A DNA stretch of 64,000 nt from Octopus vulgaris (GCA_951406725.2 OX597818.1:127100001-127164000); one strand, 5' to 3'; shown: positions 37,117 through 50,663, counted from the stretch's first letter. The notes: generated from the letters alone by a model not told the origin. Numbers and translations: made by a program.

Positions 37117-37794
37117 GACAATACGAAGCGCACGATGAGATTGCAATAGCAATCGGTTGAACGATTTTTCGGCAGATTGCCTGTCTTTGTCGAATTCAAA
37201 ATGAAAAGTGATACATAGAAATTCAAAATTATAGAAATTCAAATTCAAAGTTTGAACGAGGCAACCAGCGTTCCCACGCATCATCAGTCTTCAATTTTCA
37301 AGTTTACAACAGGTAAAAAGAAAAAGAAAGAAGAAAAAAAAGAAAGAAGAATATTTAATCAAACAGTTTTGTGCAAATATGATGGAATTTTCCTATCATT
37401 TTATCATCCCTCCAGGGCGTGGTGTTAATAACTCGCAAGCATAATTCTCCTCATGCATTTTGAGGACTGAAAGTGTAGTAGATTCAGACTATTTCATGAG
37501 AATATGCACTCGCCGAGCATTTTACATCAAACGGCTGCACTTTTGATTAAGCATTCTTCTTTTACCTTTATTTGTTTCTCTTTTTTTCTTTTTTCTTTTG
37601 CCAGTTGTAAATTTGTCATTCGCTCAACGTGGGCGCACTGAGTGCCTCGTTCAAACTTCGAATTTGAATTTCTATAACTTTGGGTTTCTGTGTATCACTT
37701 TTCATTTTGGACTCGACGAAGACAGGCTAGCTGTCGAAATATCGTTCAACCGATAAAACATCTATTGCAATCGCATCGTGCTCTTCGTATTGTC
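37117..37794. mobile_element. Fold-back / MITE-like element with long imperfect inverted arms
   Basis: GACAATACGAAGCGCACGATG...AGTTTGAACGAGGCA mirrors TGCCTCGTTCAAACT...CATCGTGCTCTTCGTATTGTC. Confidence 0.85.
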
Positions 37795-38357
37795 AAATAA
37801 TAATAATAATAATAATAATAACAATAATAATAATAATAATAATATTAATTGAGAGTATAAAACCAAAATAAGTAAAATACTTCTGAATAAATAATGCACT
37901 CCTTACCACAACATGTAAACAAAACTCCTACTATTAATTAAAATTTGAAGAAACATATTTAAAACTACTCTTCAACAGTAATACCAGCAGAGGTGATTAT
38001 AAGATCAGAAGTCTATCGAATATAAATTGTAACGTTATCACCTTCAACTGAATACCAACGCAGGAAGCTTGTCTGAATGAATTCGCTTTGAAAACGTTGT
38101 GAGTGATGGCCCCTTGATAAAATTTCAGCGACTAGAATGCATAGAAAGCAATGTGCACATATATATATATGAAAGAAGTGCGTCGTATACACACACACAC
38201 AGCACACACAAAACTGATCGCCGCAGTGTTTCTACGAATTTCATCCACAAGTCAGTTCGGAGGTACTGTGCAATAGACTTGCTTAAGATGCTGTACAGTT
38301 ACACCTGATCCAAAACTAAATACACTTGCTCACATCGTTTGAAGAACGTAAAAAATA

Positions 38358-39009
38358 TATTCTATAATTAGGACAGAAATGAAGGCGGGATATTTACGAT
38401 GCATCATGACTTAGAGCTAAACAACCCGAATAACAGTGTGGTGTCTACCGCAGTATATCTCATTTGGTTGGAGTGGTTTTTGAATAAGATATAGCTGATT
38501 GCTCTCATGCATGATCACATGTTTTCCAGCCTTTAGCTGTAGTTTTTGCTAGGTGTATGAGGGATTACCAAATTTATTGTATTCTTTGCGTATCAATAGC
38601 GTATGACTTAAAGGACATTTCTCTTCTTTCTCTACCAACTCAATTGACCACATGGATAAAGCTTCCTTGTCAATGCGACTTCATTTATCTCTTTCGTTCA
38701 CATACTTCTTCTTACACTTCATTGCAGTTTTTGCAATTGCTTATCTTCCCATATAAAGTAGTCGTGATCAAATAGACCTGTAATGGACGGTGTTCTATGC
38801 ATGATCTCTCTCTTACTCTTTACTCTTTTACTTGTTTCAGTCATTTGACTGCGGCCATGCTGGAGCACCGCCTTAAATCGAGCAACTCGACCCCGGGACT
38901 TATTCTTTTGTAAGCCCAGTACTTATTCTATCGGTCTCTTCTGCCGAACCGCTAAGTAACGGGGACATAAACACACCAGCAATGTTGTCAAGCAATGCTA
39001 GGGGGACAA

Positions 39010-39063
<54 letters not shown>

Positions 39064-39604
39064 GACGGGCTTCTTTCAGTTTCCGTCTACCAAATCCACT
39101 CACAAGGCTTTGGTCGGCCCGAGGCTATAGTAGAAGACACTTGCCCAAGGTGCCACGCAGTGGGACTGAACCCGGAAGCATGTGGTTGGTAAACAAGCTA
39201 CTTACCACACAACCACTCCTAGTGGGACTGAACCCGGAACCATGTGGTTAGTAAACAAGCTACTTACCACACAGCCACTCCTGCGCCTCATCTCATATTT
39301 TTATACATAAGGGACAACATTCTCCAATTTGTCTTTCCTTTATTTAAGACGAAAGGATGTGATTTGAGTGAGTTTTGGTTACTATTTCAAAGATCGTGTA
39401 CCTGAGTAGAGGCTTCCTCATCGATACCTTGCTGTTATTTATCCTTATTTGAACGTGGATGTTTTGTTAAAGCAACCTGTACTACGGTAGAGACAATGAG
39501 ATATACTGCGGTAGACACCAAGCTGTTGTTGCTCGGATTGTTTAGCTCTAAGTCATAATCCATCGTAAATATCCCGCCTTCATTTCTGTCCCAATTATAG
39601 AATA
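38358..39604. repeat. Inverted duplication, ~110-bp arms (38358-38465 and 39495-39604)
   Basis: GACAGAAATGAAGGCGGGATATTTACGATG occurs with its exact reverse complement. Confidence 0.88.
38812..39288 (-). mobile_element. SINE family A with duplicated head
   Basis: Full copy; 39159-39220 is repeated at 39221-39282. Confidence 0.93.
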
Positions 39605-39984
39605 CTAGCAGTATCGCCCCGCGTTGCTCGGGTTTGTAAGGGAAATAACTATAAAGCATTTTAGAGAGTTATAGCCAAAAAATAGCAAAAAAATGGGAAA
39701 AAAATGGTAAGTTTTTTTTGAGAGTTAAAAAGGTCGAGTTGCGTCCCCTAGACAGTCTGTGGTTTGTGTTTCTGATTCTCGACCCCATGTCGAATTTATC
39801 AATTTTTTTCAGAACTGGGGGAACTTTTCAAAATTTTCGCTGCGTTAGTTTTGAATTATGACATTGGGTTATGTGTGTGTCAAGTTTCATCAGAATCGGT
39901 TGAAAGCCGTGGTCAGGGTGAGGGTACAACCTAACAGACACACAGACACGCAGACAGACAAACTGCCGTTTATATAGAAAGAGA
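39605..39984 (-). mobile_element. Non-autonomous Helitron, different internal region
   Basis: CTAGCAGTATCGCCCCGCGTTGCTCGGG is the reverse complement of the shared 3' end; 5' TC at 39984. Confidence 0.85.
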
Positions 39985-40945
39985 TTTTGAAGTATGTTAA
40001 AGCAGTTCTTCTTATCTTTCTTAAATCTACAGAACGTGATTCAAAGGAGATTTTTGTTGCTATTTCTGACAGGTTGTGTGTCTACATTCGAGAAATCCAC
40101 TCCTCAGTATTTTCAACGTTGTTTAGTCTTTTTGTTGCGTTTTACTTCAACGAGTTCTAGCTTTGATACGATATTAGATATTTGAGGAATGGCAGGCAGT
40201 CGTCAATCAAATCGATCATAGTAATTAATCGATATGTGGTTTCTCGTGCAGTGAGGAGAAGGGAGTTCTGAAGTTAAGTGTTTGGACATTCCTCGACAGA
40301 ATGAGAAGTGTATTATAACACTGATATATCTCTACATTCCTATTTATGTTAATTTACAAATTTACGCATTTTAGAAACAGATTTTTACCGATGCAGATGA
40401 TTACCAGTTATCATCAATTCTAGTTTTTATTTTAACGACCCGGAAATCAGAAAATTGAGCCCTTGGTGCGATATAAAATCAGAAAATACGTAACTAAATA
40501 ACAAGAGAGTTTATATCCGGCATCCTATTGATTTAGGTAATCAACAACAACTAGTATAGAAACAAAATAAAGTATTAAAGTAGAAAACCTAGTTTTGTGA
40601 GTTGAAATTTGTTACAAAGTCTTCCTACTGTTTGGGAGCATTCCATTCAACATTTATCAAATAAAACTTCAGATATATGGATACGCTTCTTTTTCATTTA
40701 AATAGAAATAATATCAATTATTGGTTAAAATTATTTTCTAGCTCAGAAATACAGTACAGTGACATTTTAATATACAACAATTGATATACCAATGTACACA
40801 CACACAAACGCATATGTACGCACATACCCATGTATGTATGTACAAATGATTTAATGAATGAATGAATGTATGTATGAATGAATGGACGTATGTTTGTATG
40901 AATGAAACCAGGTATGTATAAATATATATGTATGCATGCGTGTAG

Positions 40946-40979
<34 letters not shown>

Positions 40980-40992
40980 TTGTGTATGTGTA

Positions 40993-41375
40993 GGTGGAGG
41001 CGCAATGGCCCAGTGGTTAGGGCAGCGGACTCGCGGTCATAGGATCGCGGTTTCGATTCCCAGACAGGGCATTGTGAGTGTTTATTGAGCGAAAACACCT
41101 ACAGCTCCACGAGGCTCCGGCAGGGGGTGGTGGTGAACCCTGCTGTACACTTTCACCACAACTTTCTCTCGTTCTTTCTTCTTGTTTCTCTTGTACCTGT
41201 ATTTCAAAGGGCCAGGCTTGTCACTCTCTGTGTCACGCTGAATATCCCCGAGAACTACGTTAAGGGTACACGTGTCTGTGGAGTGCTCAGCCACTTGCAC
41301 GTTAATATCACGAGCAAGCTGTTCCGTTGATCGTATCAGCAGGGACCCTCATCGTCGCAACCGACGGAGTGCTCC
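40993..41375 (+). mobile_element. SINE family B2 (same head as B1, different 3' half)
   Basis: GGAGGCGCAATGGCCCAGTGG head; tail ACCTGTATTTCAAAGGGCC...ACCGACGGAGTG. Confidence 0.92.
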
Positions 41376-41380
41376 TATTC

Positions 41381-41411
<31 letters not shown>

Positions 41412-41691
41412 TTGTAGAAAATTTCAGCGGCCACTGATCAAATTTTGAAAATTTGTAAATGTTTATGAACATTTTTCGACTAAGAAGCAATATACGATTT
41501 TTTACCCTTTACCTATGATTTGTGTCAGTAATTGGACTGTGGCCATGGTGTAGTACTGCCTTGAAGGGTTTTAGTTGAAAGAATCGACCCCAACATTTAC
41601 TTTTTAAAACCTGATACTTACTTTACATATTTTGTTGCAGAGCCGCTAAGTTTAATTTAAATTAACTATCGCTTAACCATCATCTCACACC

Positions 41692-41738
41692 GTCTCCGAT
41701 GAGGGATATAATAAATATTCTAGAAACAGTTGCAAGAC
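41692..41738 (+). ncRNA. Degenerate hammerhead motif
   Basis: gtct-CCGATGA-GGGATAT(aataa)ATATTCT-A-GAAAC-AGTT-GCA-agac; likely decayed from GAAACAGCTGTA, which is intact at ~23034. Confidence 0.55.
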
Positions 41739-42020
41739 CTTCTATTTATAAATGTTCTAAAATCTACACAGCCTTGGTTTTTTTATCTCAAAACGAAAAA
41801 AATTCTATATATACATACGCTGATATATGACCTAAGTTGGATCCCTTATTCGCATATTCACCGAATTTGGAACTTAACTATGGTCCATCCATAGCACTTA
41901 TTCAGCATTACCTGAGACCTTTGGGTCTCATTGACACCATTACCTCTCATAACCTGCATATGTATGTGTGTGTGTATGTATATATATATATATGTATATA
42001 TATACATATATATATATATA

Positions 42021-42670
42021 CTAAGCAATAAAGGGTTTAGCAACGAATTGCCTTACCACAGACCGAATTTAGAAATAGCAGTCAAAGAGTTATAGCTATT
42101 TCTTCTACTAAAAAGGGAGATCTCAGTAAAAAACACAGCAATTGGAAGGCAGACACAAACAGGTAAGAGAGAATGAATTGACGGCAATCTATCATACAAT
42201 TTTAAGTTATCTACGGACGCACGTTTCGAAATCAAGTTTTTAGGAAAGCATAAGAATTAAATATTAAATAATTCTACGTTACCCAAACTTCTTTTCTCTT
42301 CAGCGTAGAATACTATAATCATAAATGATTATATATTGAAAAAGGATTGTGTCACCAGCCCCTTCCCACCCGCGTGTAGCCAAAAGAAGATGCTATGGTC
42401 ATCTACTGAGATAAAATATGGTTATCCGTAATAATGAAGGGTGAAATTAATTAATTTGGAATAATTATCAATTACACCAAGTAGTCTTCGGCATGTAAAA
42501 GCCTCATTCGAGGAAAATTTAAGTAATACTAAGCAATAAAGGGTTTAGCAACGAATTGCCTTACCACAATTACCTTTTAGTAGAAGAAATAGCTATAACT
42601 CTTTGACTGCTATTTCTAAATTCGGTCTGTGGTAAAGAAAATCTCGTTGCATAAAGCCTTTATTGCTTAA
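42021..42670 (-). mobile_element. Hammerhead-bearing non-autonomous element with inverted and direct terminal copies (Penelope-like)
   Basis: 42021-42060 repeats directly at 42529-42568; 42021-42116 is inverted at 42575-42670; left end abuts (TA)n. Confidence 0.75.
42210..42309 (-). ncRNA. Type-I hammerhead ribozyme with extended stem II
   Basis: Minus: tctacg-CTGAAGA-[GAAA...~70-nt hairpin...TTTC]-GAAAC-GTGC-GTC-cgtaga; 6-bp perfect stem I, canonical core, GUC site. Confidence 0.85.
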
Positions 42671-42786
42671 TTCAACTCACAAAAGTTTGGGGTAAGGACA
42701 TTAAAACATCAAATGACTAGGTGTATTTGATACGTACGTTTCAAGATTAGTTAAAACAACACTTCATTATTTATATTCAGCTATAG

Positions 42787-42865
<79 letters not shown>

Positions 42866-42948
42866 TGTATATATACCTACACAAACACACATGCACGCTC
42901 GCACACACACACATACACACACACACACACACACAAACATATACATTA

Positions 42949-43883
42949 TCGAGTCATCCCATGAGCAAGGTGTGAAAAGTAAGGAGGATGAGCAATGTTC
43001 TCCCAGCTAAGTTCCTCCATCTTCTGAGACGTGACCTTTGCAGCGTGGGTGTCTTGCATTGTTCTCATAAAACACAACTCCCTTTCCAGTCACTACAGCA
43101 GACCTTTTCTTCAAAGCAGCGTTCAAACGATCTCATTGCTGACAGTTGATTTGAGTATTGATTGTTGCATTAGTTGGTAGTACCTCAAAGTGGATGACTC
43201 CTTTGCATTCCCACCAAACAGAGAGAAGAAATTTCTTCGCATGGTGTTCCCTTTTCGGTTGTTGTTGGGCCTTTGCCCCTTCACCAAGCCAATGTTTACG
43301 ACGCGTAACATTTTTCATCACCGGTTACAATTCTGTCCCAAAAGGGTGAAATGAGTTCACGAGAATAAAGAGAAAAGTAGATGTCCATTTGGGAGTGGCA
43401 GTTAGCTTCAGACAAATAATGAGGCACCCATTTTCTGAGTTTTTGAACCTTGGCCGTGAACAGTTGTATGGCTTAAACGAAGCTTGCTTGTCAATTCTTC
43501 AACTGAAACTGTATCACCTTTTTTTCAAATTCTGCCAAACTGGACATGTTCTGGCCTAATCTTCAAGGCTGAAATCTCCACTTCTGAATTTTATAAACCG
43601 TTTACAACAAATTCTTTCATTCGGGCACTCTTCTTCATAAGCGGAGTGAATATTTCGAGTCGCTTCAGCTACAGAGTTGCCCCTTTTTTCAATTCATACA
43701 TCATTATGTACCACAACTGCTCCTCAGTCATTTCCATGTCTGAAGAGCTATAATTAACGAAATTTCAATTAGATTATCTTGCCAAATAAAATATATTGCT
43801 TGATGCCATTAGACATACTAAAATACTGTTAAATCGTTTACAAATTGAAAATATAGAAATCCGGACTTTACTTATGGGATGAC

Positions 43884-43887
<4 letters not shown>
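42949..43887 (-). mobile_element. Decayed mariner transposon
   Basis: TIRs TCGAGTCATCCCATGAG / CTTATGGGATGACCTGA flanked by TA; remnants VTGDEK, KFLLSVWWECKGVIHFEVLP, NAR, HPPY, and N-terminal MMYELKKG. Confidence 0.92.
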
Positions 43888-43939
<52 letters not shown>

Positions 43940-44206
43940 TATATATCTATATATATATATAGCTTAAAATAGCATTCCTAGGAACTGCACATATATGATA
44001 TTATGCTGAGGACACTCAGTCTAATAAACAGCGCAAAAATCCAAACAGGGCACTGTATGTATCTGTAGCACAAAGATGCGACATTGGCTGCGCAGTAGAG
44101 TACGCAGTATAAACAAGATTACTAAATAATAATAATAATAATAATAATTATGGTTTCTGAGTCGGGGGCAAGCAGAACCTTGTGGGTGGGCATTATGTAT
44201 GTATGC

Positions 44207-44285
<79 letters not shown>

Positions 44286-44778
44286 CATACATAGTACACG
44301 TTTTATCACAATTGTTATGATAATATATATAATGAAGATTACAGCTTATACTAAAGATCATATGTCTATCTTAAAGTGGTGGAGAATAAATCATCCATGC
44401 ATGATTAGATTGGAGATAATCATACGAACATCAATTGATGATTGGAAACAGTCAGATGAGGATCAGTTCAAGATCAGATAGGCAGATATAGTCTCCATCT
44501 GCTGTTTCATATACTTAGGAAATACGTAGGCACATAAATACGTAAGTGCATATCTGCATATAGGAAATCATGCCTACGTGAATACATGCATATACGAATA
44601 GCTACAAACATACGCTCAAATACATATATTACATTCACATTTATACTTGGATACGCAAATATACCGAGATTTGTGCGTGTTTTTTAATATGAATGATATA
44701 TATTTCTAATTTTATCTAACTTGTATACGTGTGCATGTATATATCTATATACCTATATATATATATATATATATATAT

Positions 44779-44905
<127 letters not shown>

Positions 44906-45354
44906 CACAAGTATATATACATACATACATATATATATAAGCATGTTTATAGAAGGAAAAAAGTGCTGCAGAATTCAAAATAAAATGACTGTTGTACGGC
45001 TACCCATGAGTTATCACGTGAAAATAAACATTACTGTATCTGTCTATAAATACATACATGGTGGGCGTACAGTCGCAAATAGTACTCCGTAATAATATAT
45101 ATAGACATATACATTGTTGTCAAGCACTCATCTCAACTGTCAGTCAATATTTCGAAATCTGATGATTACTACAAACATATCAAAGCGATAATTGAACTTT
45201 ATGAACATTACTAAATACTTTTTTAATATCTAACAGACTTCAACATTGTAAAAAGTTTTTTAAATACAATAATAAAAAATGTGAAAACCAGAACATGTTT
45301 TAACTTTATTCAACTGATACACTATTCTAGATACATTTATACAAATTTGGCGCC

Positions 45355-45498
45355 ATGTTTTTTTCTGTGTTCCTTTCCGTAGAAGAGCGTAGGCTCGAAA
45401 CGTAAAAGACTTTTTCTATTCCTGAGCGTTATACTAATACATCTGTTTGTTTTGTACACCACCTGTCTTCGTCTTTTGTTTTTTTCGTAAAATTTCCC
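45355..45498 (+). mobile_element. Family E Penelope-like terminal fragment with hammerhead variant at 45373-45408
   Basis: cttt-CCGTAGA-A-GAGC(GTAG)GCTC-GAAAC-GTA-aaag; ends at a TA run. Confidence 0.7.
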
Positions 45499-45732
45499 TA
45501 TATATATATGGATGTGAATAGCATACTGCCATATGCAGTACCGTGATGGAAAAATCGCATATATGTGTGTGTGTGCGTGTGTGTTATAATTTGGAAAAAA
45601 TAGTAAAAAGTTGTCATTATATACTCGGAGTTACTTTGGGGCACCCCTAGTATGCATCATCTCTCTATCTATACACGCGCAGGCACACATACACACATAT
45701 AGACAAACGCACACACACATACACACACAGAC

Positions 45733-45787
<55 letters not shown>

Positions 45788-45839
45788 GACATAAACCCAA
45801 ATAGATGGAATGAGAGAGTTTAGGAAAAGAGAAACACCC

Positions 45840-45892
<53 letters not shown>

Positions 45893-46017
45893 TACACATT
45901 TTTTTGTGCTTCTCTTGACAAGTTTATTTTTTGAACTTGTGGATGACACACGAGATGTCGAAATATCGTTCACTTGATAACAAAGCTCTCATCTACTTTT
46001 ACTACTACTACTACTAC

Positions 46018-46018
<1 letters not shown>

Positions 46019-46048
<30 letters not shown>

Positions 46049-46340
46049 AAGAAGGAGGAGGAGGAGAAGGAGAAGGAGAAGGAGAAGAAGAAGAAGAAGA
46101 GGAAGAAAAAGAAGAAGAAGGAGAAGGAGAGAAAGAGAAGGAGAAGAAGAAGAAGAAGGAGAAGGAGAAAGAGAAGAAGAAGAAGAAGAAGAAGAAGAAG
46201 AAGAAGAAGGAGAAGAAAGAGAAGAAGAAGAAGAAGAAGAAGAAGAAGAAGAAGAAGAAGAAGAAGAAGGAAGAAGAAGAAGAAGAAGAAGAAGAAGAAG
46301 AAGAAGAAGAAGAAGAAGAAGAAGAAGAAGAAGAAGAAGA
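46019..46340. repeat. (GAA)n/(GGA)n polypurine tract
   Basis: About 320 bp of purines on the + strand. Confidence 0.98.
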
Positions 46341-46500
46341 TAATTTAAGAAAAAATAGTAAAATTAAAGGAAGCAAGGGAGAATAAGGAGAAAAAATGTG
46401 AAAGAAAGAAAAAAGACAAAAGGAAGTGTTGGGTCCCTTATCCATAGATGAACGTTATTTCGCAATTTTGTTTAAAGCAAATGAATATGTAGATTGTAAT

Positions 46501-46886
46501 GGTGGAAACACTCCGTCGGTTACGACGACGAGGGTTCCGGTTGATCCGAATCAACGGAACAGCCTGCTCGTGAAATTAACGTGTAAGTGGCTGAGCACTC
46601 CACAGACACGTGTACCCTTAACGTAGTTCTCGGGGATATTCAGCGTAACACAGAGAGTGACAAGGCCGGCCCTTTGAAATACAGGTACAACAGAAACAGG
46701 AAGTAAGAGTGAGAGAAAGTTGTGGTGAAAGAGTACAGCAGGGATCACCACCATCCCTGCCGGAGCCTCGTGGAGCTTTAGGTGTTTTCGCTCAATAAAC
46801 ACTCACAACGCCCGGTCTGGGAATCGAAACCGCGATCCTATGACCGCGAGTCCGCTGCCCTAACCACTGGGCCATTGCACCTCCAC
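46501..46886 (-). mobile_element. SINE family B2, full length
   Basis: Reverse complement of 40993-41375; 10-bp TSD AGATTGTAAT (46491-46500 and 46887-46896). Confidence 0.95.
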
Positions 46887-48194
46887 AGATTGTAATAAAG
46901 TATTTATGAAAAGCTTCTAAAGAAACGGCTTTAGCGAATTTCAAATTAAATGAGAATTTCTTAATGTCATTTAGAGAGTGGCTGGATTGACATCGTATCC
47001 TGTGGGTTTAATTGATTTATTTACCTCATCCTAAGAACAATAATAAAGGTGGGCTTCATTACAATTAAAAGTATTCATTTGTTTTATTTATTTTTCATTA
47101 AGGTATTTAAGCTGGTTTTCTTGTTGTTGTTTTTTACTTTTTATTTTACATACATTATTCTCCACATTTTTGCATGAGCCAACTGTATATGTATATGTAA
47201 TTTTTACATACATACGTCTTCATTATGCACATCAATTAAGGTCAGAAAGAAAGGGATATAAAATCCGGATATTCGTGTGATTTTCATAAGAATTAATTTT
47301 CTCCTCTCACTATAGACAATTTTGTCCTTACGTTAAATTCATGACCATTTTCTCAGTTGCTAATTTCTCCCTGAAAATTTACGATACAATTTGTTTCATT
47401 TGCATTCATTTCTTAATCCCTTTATCGCCTTCTAGTTCGCCGTTTATCGCTTATTAAGCGGATTTCTTTGAATCAATCTTTTTTTTTATGAAAAGACGCC
47501 TTCGCTCTTTCTCAATTCAATTAATTTCCACAGTTAACATCCGATATAGTAATATAAAGTCCTTCTTATATTTAAACTCAACAGGTACAGTGATGTACCA
47601 TAATCCGGCTGGATGGATTTCTTTGCAAGGGGAATTCCATGACAACGATGACAATTAATATTATGGAGGGATATGTGTGACTGCATCACGGCCCAAATCC
47701 TTACCGGGACTTCAATTTAGTCGGGAAAGTAATAAAAATAGCTGCTAATTGTGCATTGTTCAAGCTACGTGGATTGTTTTACTGATGTTGTAGTCGTTGC
47801 TGGTGCTGTTACTGTTGTTGCAGTCATCATTGATGTTAGTGTTATTCTTATTTAACACTAGCTCAGGTTTAATCGATAACATGTCATCGATATCCTATCG
47901 CAGTGAATTTAGAGCCATATCATTCAATGTACGCCTTCTTTCTCAAAACGCTTTTTTCTCAAAACGCAAAAAAAACCCCACAAAGTGAATACTTTTACAA
48001 GAAATGAGCATTGACAACTGAATAAATTAATTACTGAACAACAAACCAAGTGGTCAGTCGTTCGTCTCCTGTTATCACTTTTGAATAGCTCTGTCCATCG
48101 AACTAAGAATAGGATAGATCTGTGCCATACAACTGAAAATTCTGATGCCTTTAGGAGAAAAAACACAGAGTGAGTAATTCCTCTGCTTTTACAA

Positions 48195-49340
48195 GCAAAG
48201 GAATTACGTAGAATACGTGAGGTACCCATAAGTATGGTCTTTCGTAATTAGTCTATTATTTTGGGGCTGCCAGGAATTTAATCTATATACTTGTTTACTC
48301 CTCTTGATATCATTTCAAGTGCCCCAATGATAATAGGTAACGTCCTTGTTTTGAGATGCCACATGCTTCTGATTTCAATCTCCAGGTCCTTATACTTGCT
48401 CACTTTCTCAAAGGTTTTCAGTGATATGTTTCTGTCGGCTGCGACTGCAACAGCAATTAGAAAACAAATCCCTTTAATATGATTTTTCACAATGAGTTCA
48501 GGTTTGTGTATCTATAATTCCTGATCAGTTAGAACACTGAAATTCCAGAAGATGGTAACCTCGGCATTCTGGACAACTTGTGTGGCTTATGTTTCCACCA
48601 ATTGCTTTTGTGAGAGAGGTTGTATGTGCGGCATATTGACCAGTGTGTGTACTGAGCTGTCCTGTCATGACATTACAAGTAATTCTGTTGGTGCCAGTCT
48701 AGTACATTCAGAGACTATGTGGTCGATTGTCTCTGAGTTCTCCCCGCATATGTCGTATAATAAGCTGCTTTCATATTTGTGGACATCACTCTGGTGATTC
48801 CTAGTTGGAAGGGACGGGTCGTGAGCAACAATGACAAAACCCTTCAGCTTCTGGTTTGAGATCAGAGCATCACAGTCACTGATGAGTAAGGGTTTGATCT
48901 AATCAGGGTCCCTGATTCTAGTTGGGTATTTGCCATGCAGTGGCCTTTGCTCCCATTTCTCATGAATACATTGGAGTTTGGTTTATTTGTCTATGGTTTT
49001 TAGTTGTTTTACATTGTCTTCGGGTACTAGTTCGTCTAGTTGCATTTCTCAAAGGTATACTTTCACATTTTTCGTCACTAAGTGCAACCTTTTGGTATCG
49101 TCACGTTTCAGAACCAGCTTTAATATCCGGTCGTTTGTGTATTGCAGGTAGGCAGACAGTCCGATGGCTGAAATTTTCAATGAGAATTGAGATTGTATTA
49201 ACCCCCAGCGACTGCTTTCTTTCCTCGGGAAGTATATTCGGTCTGTGTCTGTTTTTGAGTGATGCATACGATGCATTGTCATCAGCTTTTGGCAACCAGC
49301 ATATAATATTAAAATTGTCCGTGATTACAGGTATAGCATT
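48195..49340 (-). mobile_element. R4/Dong-like non-LTR retrotransposon 3' part (RT thumb to restriction-like endonuclease), decayed
   Basis: MHHSKTDTDRIYFPRKE; ADRNISLKTFEKVSKYKDLEIEIRSMWHLKTRTLPIIIGAL; KTILMGTSRILR. Confidence 0.88.
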
Positions 49341-49403
49341 GGATCGATATAATTGCCTATCGCTCTCCTTTAAAATTGCTGGCCTTGTGCCAGAATTTTA
49401 AAC

Positions 49404-49447
<44 letters not shown>

Positions 49448-49448
49448 T

Positions 49449-49498
<50 letters not shown>

Positions 49499-49696
49499 AG
49501 GTGGTGAGCTGGCAGAATCGTTAGCACGCTGGACGAAATGCTTAGCAGTATTTTGCCCGTCGCTACGTTCTAAGTTCAAATTTCGCCGGGGTCGATAAAA
49601 TAAGTACTAGTTGAACACTGGGGTCAATGTAATTGAATCTTCCCCTCCCCCAAAATGGCTGCCCTTGTGGCAAAATTTGAAACCATTATTATTATT

Positions 49697-49750
<54 letters not shown>

Positions 49751-49781
49751 CAGCAGCAGCAGTAGCAACAGCAGTAGCAGT

Positions 49782-49813
<32 letters not shown>

Positions 49814-49817
49814 CAGC

Positions 49818-49881
<64 letters not shown>

Positions 49882-49990
49882 TTTATGATTTGAGTTCAAG
49901 CTTTGTTCAGTTTGGCTTCGACCTTAACTCTTCAGATATCGATAAAATAAAAGAAACGTCCAAGTATTAAACTCAATATAATCGACTAAA
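49340..49990 (+). mobile_element. Head-to-tail family C SINE pieces separated by (ATT)n/(AGT)n
   Basis: Tail 49340-49405, copy 49498-49690, fragment 49888-49990. Confidence 0.8.
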
Positions 49991-50447
49991 CCCCGCACGG
50001 TAAATCTATTATCTTGTACCTGTGTTAGACTTCGTTTTCAATATTCTTATTATTTTGAGGAAAGTGATAGATAACATCGATAAAACATTTTAAGACCACA
50101 TCATGAAATGGCCAAATGTATCATTTATAGGTTGTCGATGAATTAAGCACCAATCGAGACCAAAGCTAAAAAATTACGCCTACATCTTCCATCAAAATCT
50201 ATGACACAGTACATTTTTTAAAACCTTATATTAGTATAAAGTTATGTGTATAATATAATACGCCTTAAAACCATACCTCTTTATTAACAGGCCATCTATT
50301 AAAAAATCCATTCTAATATTTTTATGTTTGCAGTAGTTTGTAGTCTTTATGTTAGTATAATGGATTATTTTCGCTAATTTTATACACACATACATATATA
50401 CATATATGTATGTATATATGCATATGTTTTATTTATCATTTTGTTAT

Positions 50448-50495
<48 letters not shown>

Positions 50496-50566
50496 GCGTG
50501 AATAGATATACATGTGTGTGTGCTTGTGTGTGCATATTTATCAATCTCTCTCTCTCTCTCTGTATA

Positions 50567-50608
<42 letters not shown>

Positions 50609-50663
50609 TATATGAAAAAACAAGTCAAATATAGAAAATGCTAAGATAATTTTATAGTGAATC

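Noticed and set aside
40993-41070. tRNA-Arg(TCG) gene
   Set aside because: Head of a multicopy SINE; acceptor stem incomplete and it runs into the SINE body.
45974-46348. Lys/Arg-rich protamine-like ORF
   Set aside because: It is the (GAA)n tract.
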